This document shows positions 9,961 to 21,741 of a stretch of DNA of 64,000 bases, in pieces. The stretch's first letter is position 1, and every line of letters begins with the position of its first letter. The notes under the pieces were generated by a model. The model was not told the DNA's origin, did not search any database, and saw only the letters and a list, made by a program, of their open reading frames with translations. Origin of the DNA: Podarcis filfolensis (Eukaryota); NCBI GenBank assembly GCA_964270895.1, contig OZ185436.1. One strand, 5' to 3'. A program made the translations under genes and the position numbers.

Positions 9961-11356
9961 TAAATGTAAGCTGTAAAAGGCACTCTATGCTGTTGAGGAT
10001 ACCTGTGTTTTGAAAATGATGGATCAAGAGCACCCCCTAGCTACAAAAGCACAGGATGCTAGAGCCCTCCAGCCTTCTTCCCAAAGCTGAGTGGGCTTTA
10101 GGAAGGTGGCAGGCAGGTTCTTGGACCCCGTCAGAACACTGTGCCTCCCTAAGCTGGGCAGAAGCTTCCTGGGATTTGGGAAGGAGGCACCAGTTTCCCT
10201 ATAATTTGATATTGCTGGATAGTTTTGATGAACTGCAAAAGCATATTTAGCTTGCTTTCTCTTGCCACCCTGGAACTTTTCTTTATTAGTGCCACTTTAT
10301 TTTGTACGATTCCTTGCAAATGAAGGAAAACAACTTTTCTGTTTGTATATGTTGATACTATAATTTTGGTTACTGAGGACAAACAGGATTGTACAAAAAC
10401 AAGATTGGGCGCAGGCCTGGCCAGAACATAGACATCCTGACTGTGACAAAGGTGACCTGTGTGCTTGCTTGCTTGCTTAACAGCTGTTGGGAACTTCAAG
10501 GTCCCTGCTCTCCCTTCTTATGGTCTTTGTATTGGACCTGGAGACTCCAACAGAGAGCATTCCATGTCAAGAAGGAGGGCAAGTGGGCACTTTATCAAAT
10601 GACAGGGCAGGAATTACACGGAGCAGGGCCTTTTCACTGGTGGTGCCCATTGTATGCCTTGCTCTTCCAATATCTCTTTTGGCCTGTATTTTGGAGCTTT
10701 ATAATTTAGGAAGACTTTGGAAGAGCTGGTTGACAAGTCTTATCAGTTGTTGACGTATGAGCGGATTTTATTTGTTGCTATTCTGTGCTTCTGGTGCACC
10801 AGGGTTTACACCAACGTAATAGAGTTGGCCAGGATGCTAGAAGGGATACAATTTACGAGCTTTCTCTATTAACTGCACAGCAGGAAATGTTCAGTCAACA
10901 GTGCAAAGGCTGAGCTGAAGCATTCCCTGCTGGTTACCTGCTTTCAGCAATAGGGGTCGCTGTTTGGTAGTACCCAATTGGTTAGCTGTCAGATTCTAGA
11001 GCTCCCTGTTGGTGGCTCTTAGGTAATTCACAAAATAGAGTCCATTCATAAAACACAGTGTTCATTCATAAAGCAGTAACATAGATCTCCATTGCTACAT
11101 ATTGGGTGTATATTTCAGCAGTTGAACGTACCAGTTTATGGCCATGCTGTAGTATAGTGCTTATGCGACTGTGAATAAAAGGTGGCTGGGCTCATTGTCT
11201 TGGGGTTTGGGGGGCAGGGAGAGTTTACAAAACTGATTTCCAATAAGTGCCCTCCCTTTATTTCCATAACAAGTCCTTGAGTCTGTACTCTGAATGGTAA
11301 CACCAGGGACCTAGAAGATGCAGGGCTTGTCAGTCCAACCCTTGCAAAGTCTCATC

Positions 11357-11737
11357 AGGGCTGACCTTAAGGCAATTGGGGCCCCGTGGGCCAAATTGGG
11401 GCCCCGTGGGCCACTCCTAAGGAGGCCCCTGCACCAGTGCAATCTAGATGGATTTTATTTATATCTATAAGATTTTGCAGACTTTGGCTGTGAACTGGGG
11501 CCCTACAAAAGAAAAAAAAATCAAGTTGTGCCCCACTGCTTCAAATTGGACCGCACTATCTAGCCCTCAGTCTAATCGTTGCTGGGCCCGAGTTGTCCTG
11601 CCCTCACATGAAGTCTTGGGTTTGCAATTTTGGGAGAGGGGAGACTGCGGCATTGGGGAGCGGGCAGGCTGGCGAGGCCCCCTAGATTTAGAGGCCCTAG
11701 GCTTCAGCCTACTTAACCTATACATAAATCCGGCACT
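11357..11737. mobile_element. GC-rich hAT-like MITE
   Basis: Ends CAGGGCTGACCTTAAGG and TAAATCCGGCACTG, with GGGGCCCC/GGCCC-rich subterminal motifs. No clean TSD was found. Confidence 0.45.
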
Positions 11738-12438
11738 GGATTTGGCACAGTGAAGAGTATTCTCAGCCCTCTTGCTATTTCAACAGCTACATTCAAAGTA
11801 AGCTGCCTTTCCATTAAGGGTTTCCCTTGAAGTTTGGAAGGTTTCCAGAATTGGTCTTTAATCATTTCATTTATGTTGCCAAAAACACAAGTGGCACTCA
11901 ATGCACATAATGCAGTTGCATATTGATCTAGTCTCCTGGTAACTGAACCCTCAAAGGGAATATATACTGTTCAGCAATCACATTTATAGGGGAATTAAAG
12001 TGCTCATCCCAAAGTACTTCATATGGATTTGCATCCTGGGCCACAGCAGGAAGGGAGGATAGATTAATACAGTATAGACCTTCTGGGCCCAAGCAGTGAA
12101 GTAAAGTCTTCAGTTTGGCATTTATCTGAATGGTAAGGAGATAACAGTAATTGCAAAAGTGGGCCTTGCACTGTTTTCAGGAATGTGGAGGTTCCCAAGG
12201 GTGGGCAGGAAGAAAAGTGGTGAAAGTATGTGATTTTGTTGGTGGAGTGGCAGGAGAAGCTGCAGCAAAATCAAGGAAATGCAAAGGCTCAAGAACTGAA
12301 ATACGGAAGCAGCAGCTGCTGCTGCTACAAAGAGCAGGAGATCCCTCTTGAGGCCTTGCACTGTCATGAACTGGGAGCAGCTGCAGAAAACGACTCAAGG
12401 GCTCAGAAGTTTAAGCAGAAAATGCAGGTGGGAAGCTT

Positions 12439-12588
12439 AATAATAATAATAATAATTTTATTATTTATACCCCGCCCATCTGGCTGGGCTTCCCCAGCCA
12501 CTCTGGGCGGCTCCCAGCAGAACACTAAAAACAGAATAAAACTTCAAACATTAAAAACTTCCCCAAACAGGGCTGCCTTCAGATGTCT
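12439..12588 (-). mobile_element. Short L2-type 3' insertion with 7-bp TSD
   Basis: (TAA)n-TTTATACCCCGCCCATCTGGCTGGG tail flanked by GAAGCTT at 12432-12438 and 12589-12595. Confidence 0.75.
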
Positions 12589-13129
12589 GAAGCTTGTTTC
12601 CTGTGGGTTTTTAAAAGTCCTATCCCCCCCCCCATTTACCTCTTTATCTAGGAAAAAGATATTCAAAAGATTCTTATGGAGTCACAAGTTATTCAAGTCA
12701 CAATCTCAGTATATATATTTTCTCTGCCTCCTTCCTCTCCCTCCTCCTATTTTCCCCAACTACTGAGTCCTCCCCAGGACAATTTTATTAAACACAGACA
12801 TATACTTAGTAGAAAACAGTCCTTATTGCACTATATTCCGGCCAGGGGCTGCCACCTTCAGTTTTTCAAAATATGCTTTTTACTTCTCTCAGCCTCAAGG
12901 TTCCACCAAACCTTGCTGATACATCCCTCTTGTTTCTCTGTAGTTTCCTTTTGGTCCCAATCCTGTCAGCTGTGTTTACTTTTATTGGGCCAATAATGTC
13001 AAAATAAAACGTGCCTTTGCTTCATTTCAGGACCTGTGAAACCACCAGATGCACTGATTCTTTTTCCTCACGCTTTTCCTGACCCATATCAAGAGGGGCA
13101 GATCATCAGATTTGTATTGATTTAGAAGG

Positions 13130-14100
13130 GGCAGCTCCCCCTCCGTTCTGCTTGGCTATGCCCATGACGGGGCTTACCCGGACCCCCAATATTTTATTCG
13201 TAGTATTGACACCCCTGGACACGTGTCCGCCGCGAGCTGGGAGATGCACCGCGCCCTGCCACGCGTCCTGCCTGGCGCCGCCCCGCAGGCCGCTGCGCGA
13301 AGTGCATCTGTCTGTGGAGCCATCCTGTTCCGGCATCGGGTTTGTAGCCCGATCCCGTGCACGGAGTTGGGCGGCACTTCACCTGCAAGGGGCCGGCCAT
13401 CCTGTCAGAGCAGGAAGACAAAGAGAATCAGCCTTACCCCCCAGGACAGGGCTGGCCGTCTGAACCAGCCTGCGTGGTGCGCAGGTGCGCTCGGGCAGCC
13501 CCTCCGCGCGGAAGCGGAGCACCCCGCCCTGCACGCCCGAGGTGCGCCTCCCGCAGGCCGGCTCACAAAAGGGGCGAGTCCCGAGGTCGGCTCCGCCCGC
13601 CTGCAGACGCGGAAGTGTTGGCCTCTGGGACAGCAGGAGCCGAAGTGGGACGCGGGAGTCATGGCGCCGGCGGGACTGAAGGCGATAGTGGGCGAGAGTG
13701 AGTGGGGACAGGCAGCGGGAGGAGGGCGCTCGCCCGACAGGGGGCACGACACGCGTGCCCCACACCCTGTGTGTATCCAGATATATTTGCGTGCGCGCGC
13801 GTGTGAGAGTGCGCGCAGTTCTTGGCTTTCGCGGGGTGGGTGGGGAGGATGAAAGGGTGTCGTTTCCTCCCTGTCACACAGCCTTTCGCGGAGAGCGACT
13901 CTGCCCCGTCAAGATGGGGGACGCTGCTGGCCCCCCTCTTTCCCTCACCCCCCCCCCCCCAATATTTCATATTGTGTCTTCGGGGGAGGGTCCCCCACAC
14001 GAGATCTCTGCGCTTTTTGGCGTAGTCACAGGTGCCTCGGTGATGGCAGCACCCCCTGGCGAGGGCAGGCCACCGACTCTCTTCTCCTAGAACGTGAGAA
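13130..14100 (+). promoter_or_regulatory. CpG island promoter of STXBP2
   Basis: Abrupt CpG/GC-rich zone around exon 1. Motifs: CGGAAGTG ETS (13610-13617), CCGCCC GC boxes, GCGC-rich NRF1-like motifs and palindromic E-box GGACACGTGTCC (13217-13228). Confidence 0.85.
13661..13697 (+). CDS. STXBP2: STXBP2 exon 1
   Basis: [12 protein letters not shown], donor GTGAGT. Confidence 0.95.
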
Positions 14101-17100
14101 TTGGACTTTAAAACTCCGGTTGGTGTTTCCTAGGCAGTGCCGTCTGAAGCATTCGTATTCTTCCCCTGTGTAACATCAGTACGCTAAAGCATGAGACTCA
14201 TTAATCTCAGGGGGTCAAGGATTCGAGGCCCACGTTGGCCAAAAAGATTCCTGCGTTGCAGGGGGTTTGACTAGATGACCCTGGGAGATCCCTCTCAACT
14301 CTGATTCTATCCATTTATTCTGAATTAAGTGATCATGTCTTGCTAATGTAATCTTCTGTGGTCACTGAACCCTCCTCTCTAAGAGATTCCTCCTTATCTT
14401 TTAAAGAGTTTCAGCACTAAACTGTTCTTAGGATGCACCCCCACCTCCGCCACCCTTAGTACACAAGACACATTATGTCTTATCATTTAAAAGCATTTCT
14501 TTCTGTCTGGTTTTTAGTGCCTGTTCGGAATATGTAATCGTGCTCCATCTTGATGATGATGATCTTTTAAATATCTGAAAACTGCCAAAATGTGTCCTCT
14601 CTGCTCAGTTTATCTTTTTTCCTGTACTAAATATACTTGGGGTTTTTTGCCCTGGTATCCTTTGTTTTGCTTTCTCTTCACAGTTGTTTGCTAAATCTTT
14701 CACAATTTGGCAGCATCCTTCCCTGAATTGTAGCAACTTCAGAGTGGCACAGTTTACTCGCAGTCTGCTTGAAGTTATCAGTTTACTCTGTTTCCATTGA
14801 GATGCTTGATGGTATAACAGAAACTGGGACAGGTTGTAAGAACAACAACGTCATAGATCGGACCCAAAGTTTCTGTCAACAGTAGGGATTGGCCAGGGTG
14901 CTTGTTACTCCTCATTTGTATGATAATTCCTTACAATTAAAAGTAGTTTGAACAGTCAAGGGTGGTTTTACTCCTAGGTGACAGTCCTACTATGCACAAT
15001 TAACCTTGAGCTTATTCCTGAGTAAACATCTAAGGGTGGGCTATAAGTTTCTTGCTTTCTTGTTTGGCAGCAGGTTAAGACCAGATTTAATCAAGGCAGG
15101 TGATACAGAACCAGTTAGCTTGTAATGCTAATTTTATGTAAATGTGCTGAAATAAGGTAAAGTACAGTGGTACCTCAGGTTACATACGCTTCAGGTTACA
15201 TACGCTTCAGATTACAGACTCCGCTAACCCAGAAATAGTGCTTCAGGTTAAGAACTTTGCTTCAGGTTGAGAACAGAAATCGTGCCCCGGCGGCGTGGCA
15301 GCAGCAGGAGGCCCCATTAGCTAAAGTGGTGCTTCAGCTTAAGAACAGTTTCAGGTTAAGAACGGACCTCCGGAACGAATTAAGTACTTAACCTGAGGTA
15401 CCACTGTAAACTATTGCCTCTATTAGTCAACTGTTGTGTGAGAGAAGATGAAAGATTGCTCTAATAACTCTTGTACTTTCTTTTGATGCTTGTTACACAA
15501 AGTGGCTGCATTTTATGGATGTTACCTCTGGATACTAATCCCTACCTGCTTGCAGTGGCAAGGGGCAAAGGTGTGGAGAGGGCTGGAAAAGAGATAGTGT
15601 GGATCAGTTCCTGCATTGTTCAGTGAGACTTCTGAGATCTTAACATTCTGCACTTCTGATGGCTTGTATTGTTGTTTTTAAAGGAGTGTATGCAGGTGTT
15701 TGAAACACTTGTTTATAAGCTCTGAAAACACAGGTGGTTCAGTGGTAGGCATGAGGGGAGTGATAGCAAATTATTTGAATTCTGGACCCATCCCATCCCA
15801 TTCTGCCTACTGGGGTGGACAGGAAACAGGATCAAACCAAATAAATCCAAAGATAATGGTGTGGAGCTAAAATATTACTATTTTATTTTTTCCAGTAATT
15901 TATATACTGCTTCTTAAGCATTGTCCAGTGAGGTTTTCTTAGTGGGGCACAGCAAGAGAGAGAATCAGGTAGACTTCCATTATAGTGCTGCAAGCAACTA
16001 AATGCATAAAACTAATGACTTTATGCAAGAAAGCTTGTGCCTGCGAGCACCCCAAGATGGTGTTTAATTAAAGCATTGTATTAGTAATTGGCTAATCTTG
16101 AAACTGTTGCACACTCTGCTAATACTTACAGGTGCTTTGACTGTCATCACTGGGTTGTTCCATGCATGATGCAGCAAATGAGTGTTGCTTCATAGAAATG
16201 TGACAGGTAAAAGATAATCTGTAGGATGTTACTACTGCTTTAGAATCCCTGCCCTTCAAATTCTAGTTACAGGTAGGTAGCCGTGTTGGTCTGCCCTAGT
16301 CGAAACAGACAAACAAGCAAACAAAATTCCTTCCAGTAGCACCTTAGAGACCAACGACGTTATTGGTGTGAGCTTTCGTGTGCATGCACACGTCTTCAAA
16401 TTCTGACAGCTTCCCCTGCTACCTGTATGTAGCAACTAGGCCACTGAATTCCCAATGGATGAATGAAGACTGACTGAATTAAAACCCTCCCTTAAGGAAA
16501 CATCAGGTGATTTCCTAACTCACCTACAAGTAGTAGTATGAAGCAATCTTAATTAGAAGTGTGTCTTACAAAATCCTATTGTTAGTGATAGTGCCATGAA
16601 AGATACATAACTGTTGTTGCTATTAACAACTAGGGACCTGAGATTAAGAAAGAGAATTTTGCTGGAAGCCACAAAATGAGCCCTTAGGAGAGGTGGGGCT
16701 TTAACTGAACCTTCCCAGAGCAAATTCCAGTGCTTCAAGTGCAATGTGAGCAAGGCATGTATTTAGGCTTGTTTTCATTCCTACTGGATATGTGAACAGA
16801 CCTAATACATGCATTCTGCAGAGAGAGAAGATGATGGAGGTGGTTTATGAGCATTATGAGACTCTGACCTTTTCTTCCTGTTTGAATTTACTGACAAAGG
16901 TTTCATTCTGACACTTATTAAATCTACTAAAGTCTAGCAACTATGATAAATACCAGAATCACAGTGCTCTGCACACTTGACATAAAAAACTGCTGAGAGC
17001 CAAACCTTGTGGATTTGCATACTGTATAGCCTTCATTCTTCATGGCTTATGTACAGTGATAACTACTGGAAGAAAACGAACATTTCAAATTATTAAGGCT

Positions 17101-20100
17101 TTCAATCAGTTGAAGAACTTTTGTTTGTATAATAGACATGACTTTTAAAATTACTTAATGTCACATGTTTAGAAATGCACATCTTCCCTTTGCACTTTTT
17201 TGCTGTAGAAAGTGATGTGCATTTAATAAAACATACTTGTTGTTTGAAGTGTGAATTGGCTCTGAGAAAAGGGGAAGCCTTTACTGCTAAGAACAGTCAT
17301 TATCTAGACCGCTTACACTTGCCGTTAAAGATAATAATTTTGTAAGTCTTGCTTCTTCCTTTGCTGAAATGTCAAGCCAATCACTGAGAATTTGCAGGTG
17401 GGCTCTTATTTTGAGACACCAGTTCCATTTGCAAAAGAATAGCAGGTATGTGATATGGAGTCCTCAGAATAGTTCTCATCCACTTGCTTCTGGTGAGAGT
17501 TTGGTGCAATAACCACTAAATCAAGTTTCAATCTTTCTCAAAGGATTTGAGGATAGCTTTTAGTCTCCAGTATCTAAAGAACGAGAACTGTTGTTCTTCT
17601 ACTCCATACAACACAGTATAAGTAGCTGAGTAGGGACAGAATGTGGAGCTTACTGTCTGCTGAGTTCAACAGCATAACCGTGTGCCATTGTTTAACTCTG
17701 TTAGTTTGATCAGCTCTTCTGTAGATTTTGATTTATTTTTTTAAGTTTGCAGTATTACAAATTCCAAAAGAGTGGCTGATTCTAGAACTTCTCCATTAAA
17801 CATAGACTTAACATCTGGAAGAGGAATGAGATCACACCTAATAAGCTGGTATTAGCTCAGTTGGTAGAGCATGAGACTCTTAATCCCAGGGTTGTGGGTT
17901 CAAGCCCCACCTTGGGCAAAAAATTCCTGCATTGCAGGCGGTTGGACTAAATGACCCATGTGGTCTCTTCCAACTTCACAATTACCTGATATATGATTCT
18001 ACTGTGAAGGTCTGAAAAGACATTCTGTGCATCTAGAGCAGTGATTCCAAAACTTTTTTGGGCCACTGCCTCCTTGGTTCCATAAACTGATTCCCAGTGA
18101 GTGCCCCCTACCCTACCATATTAAAAGCATTATTCAGAATAGCAGTTTGTACAACACACTAAGGAAGATAATAACACAATAAAATTCAAAAAGTAACAAT
18201 TAATTGCCTATTTATTAAAAATCCAGTTTAAGCTATTTAGTTTAATTCAGCAGAATTCATGAATTTGCTTTTCAAAGTCTGATAGTCATTTAACAATGTC
18301 TTAAGAGTACCACATATAGTAACTACTTCACTGTTCAGTAACTCATCAGTGCAATGGATGGGCTTGATGAAGTGATACCAGTTTCCAAATGTGTGGTTTA
18401 AAGTCACTTAACAGGAGTCTGTGCTTAGTAATCTGGAGTTGATTCCTTTGCTTGGTGACAAGTTGTATGGCCACACTAAAACCATGTTCCACCAAATATA
18501 ATGTTGCAAATGCAACAGTGAGTTTCTTAACTACTGTTCATAGTGCAGAATCCTTCAGTAACGAAAACTCTGTACAATTTCTTAAACTTTGACTTCAGCT
18601 TAGAGTCATTTCGTAGCTTGGTTAGTTCTTCCTCCATTACCCCAACTTCCATTTCCCCCAGAAAATGGATTTATCACCCAATCTGGAATTACCACCAAAA
18701 GAACATCCCCAAATCACTCAAACATATATGCAGTATATCCAGGCAGTAAAATAACCTTGCAGATCATCATTTCTTATCCCACCTTTCTCTTCTACCTCAG
18801 ACATATATGGAAATTGGTGTCACTCGAGACAGCCTATATTGTGCTTGAATAGAGTTAACAAGAAATATTGACTCCGCATTTGTATCTGTTTCTCTTGCCT
18901 TGCAAATAACAACTCTTGAGCCAAACTTTCATCTTTTATAAAGCGCACATAAGCGAGAAGCAAATATTCATTGCCTGGCGGAATTGACTCATCCAGGAAT
19001 AATGTGAATTCTGTTGTCCTCAGTAAGCTGCACAATGTCTCTTCAACATTCTCAGCCATTTCATCTATGCGTCTTTGCACTGAATTGTTGCTGTGAAGAA
19101 TAATCTTAATTATATGGTGTGGTGACTTATGCAAAACAGTACTCGGAACCTCACTAATTGCTGGTAGGAGGAGTTCTTCACCAGCAGTATTTGGCTTTCC
19201 AGACTTAGCAATCAACAATGAAACAATCAACAATACATTGTGAGGAAGGTGTTTTTTTAAATAATAATATTTATTAACATTTCAAGAAATTACAAACATA
19301 AGAAAGAAAATAATAAAACAAAAAATTACAAAAAACTGAAAAATAAAAAATTAAAAACAAATCAATTTTTCCATAACTTATCTTTCATTTACTTGTTTCC
19401 TTGACTTCCTCACACCTCCCTTTTTTTGTATTCTAGTTCAATTAGTTAATTCAGCAAATCCTTTCCATCTTTGTTTTTATCTTAATCATTTATCTTAATA
19501 TGTTGTGACTTTACATTCTCACCTATTAACAAACATATTTACATACTCCTTTATAACATTACTGCTAAAACCACATAACTTCATTCCAGCATCCTTCTAA
19601 CATTCCTTAATTTTGCAATGTTTCTGTAGGTAGTCTTTAAAACTTCTTCCAACCTTCTTCTACCGATTCTTCTCCCTGGTCTCGGATTCTGCCAGTCATT
19701 TCCGCCAATTCCATGTAGTCCATTACCTTCATCTGCCATTCTTCCTTGGTGGGTAAATCTTGTGTCTTCCAATACTTTGCGATGAGTATTCTTGCTGCTG
19801 CTGTAGCGTACATAAAGAAAGTTCTGTCCTTCTTTAGCACCAATTGCCCAACCATGCCCAGGAGAAAGGCCTCTGGTTTCTTCAAAAAGGTATATTTAAA
19901 TACCTTCTTCATTTCATTATAGATCATCTCCCAGAAAGCCTTAATCCTTGGGCACGTCCACCAAAGGTGAAAGAATGTACCATCAATCTCTTTACATTTC
20001 CACATTGTGAGGAAGGTGTTTTGCCCCTCAGGGAGTGGTGCCCACACACTTTGGGAACCATCAGTCCAAAATGTGCTCTTCATGTGACTGGAAACCCTGG

Positions 20101-21702
20101 GGCAATCCATTTCAGTTTGTTTAATCTGCTGCAGCCTTCTAGAAATTAACCAGATTGTCACGGTATGAGGTTCTTATAGGTAGAAGCAGTCCACTGTCTC
20201 CAGATTTATGGACAGTGTTAGAATCTCAGCTATATAAGCTAATCACCAAATGGCACCTTAAACCTAGGTTGTGGTCGCCAAACCAGAATGTCTAGGTGCC
20301 TTTTTTCCAATGAGATTTTAAAAATTATTTTATTCATATTATTTCTGTACCACTTTATATTTTAAAGGGGAAAAAATCTCAAAGTGGTTTAAAACATCAA
20401 ATAAAACAATCCAGAATACAACAAATTCAAGCTTCAAGGGAAATTCTTCAGATCCTTCTCTAAGTGACATTATGCTTTCCCCATATTTATTTACCTTCTT
20501 ACTTTATATAGCTGCCCCATTGCAGAAGTACTCAAGGAAGCCAGTGTGGTGTAGTGGTTCAAGTGTCAGGCTAGAACCTGAGAGATCAGAGTTCAAAGTC
20601 CCGCTCAGTCATGAAGCTCACCAGGTGACATGGGGCCAGTCACAGCCTCTTAACCTATCTCACAGGGTCATTGCAAGGATTAACTGAGGAGGCGAGTGAA
20701 CCATGTTTTCCTTGGGGGGAAAGGTGGGATATAAATGCAATAAATAAGCTCTTCTGCTAACCTGCTTAGGAAAGCTGGAGAGGCCAGCCAGTTGGAGATG
20801 TCAGTCACCAGCCTGGCATCCAGAAATCTCTACATGGTCACAATTGGACCTGCATCAGTCGCAAAACATGTCTAGTGCCTGGCTAATTTCTGACACTGTT
20901 CATGAAATGAGGCGGTAGTCTTGAGTTGGAAGTACAGTGGTACCTTGGGTTACATACGCTTCAGGTTACACACTCCGCTAATCCAGAAATAGTGCTTCAG
21001 GTAAATAACTTTTCTGCAGGATAAGAACAGAAATCGGGTTCCGGCGGCGCAACAGCGGCAAAAAGCCCCATTAGCTAAAGTGGTGCTTCAGGTTAAGAAC
21101 AGTTTCAGGTTAAGAACGGACCTCCGGAACGAATTAAGTACTTAACCCGAGGTACCACTGTACAGTGATGTACACAGGCCTCTTCTTCAATCCTCAATCT
21201 GTATGTTGACTCCATCCATAGTAAACCAGTTCATGTTGTTGACTCCAACCATAGTAAACCTGTTCATATTAAAGCCTCTGTGGAATTTTTGTGCCCTTCT
21301 CATTGTGTTGCAGTCTACCTGAAAGGGACATTAAGGTCATCTGTGTGTGTTTTCTCCCCTTTGCTTGCCCAGAGCAACTCCACTCTAGCTTAACTCTGCA
21401 TGAGTGTTCTGTTCAAATCCTTCAGAAACAGGACAGTATAGAGGCAGCTCCAAGAAGAATTGAGCAGCAAAAATAGATCAGGTCCTGGTGACCACAGCAG
21501 GAAAGGGTCTGATTCACTTAAGAGGCTCTTATTTTAATTTGTGATGCAGTCATTTAATAGATTCAAATAGGTCACCTAATGTACTAATGGCTTCAGCCCT
21601 ATTTCTAGCCATTTCCCGCTGTGATTCTCAGAAATGTGGTTTGTTTTGTTCCCACTTCACCATTTTATTTATCTGTCCTCTTTTAAAGAAAATTGGTTAA
21701 AA

Positions 21703-21741
<39 letters not shown>

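Noticed and set aside
12230-12430. ORF 12230-12766 with a CAG|GTGGGA donor-like site
   Set aside because: No recognisable homology. Its length comes from reading through an L2 tail and TAA repeat.
13106-14090. Many overlapping long ORFs on both strands
   Set aside because: Expected from stop-codon scarcity in a CpG island. Only 13661-13697 matches STXBP2.
17844-17917. Apparent tRNA-Lys(CTT) gene
   Set aside because: The acceptor stem and arms are mismatched, and it runs straight into a CR1-type tail with no poly-T terminator. It is a SINE head.
19637-20161. 174-aa ORF as a host gene
   Set aside because: Chimeric: L1 ORF2 C-terminus plus read-through across the TSD into flanking sequence.
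21204-21269. 33-bp tandem duplication (also a 20-bp duplication near 11385-11424)
   Set aside because: Ordinary slippage duplications with only two units. Not CRISPR-like or functional-looking.
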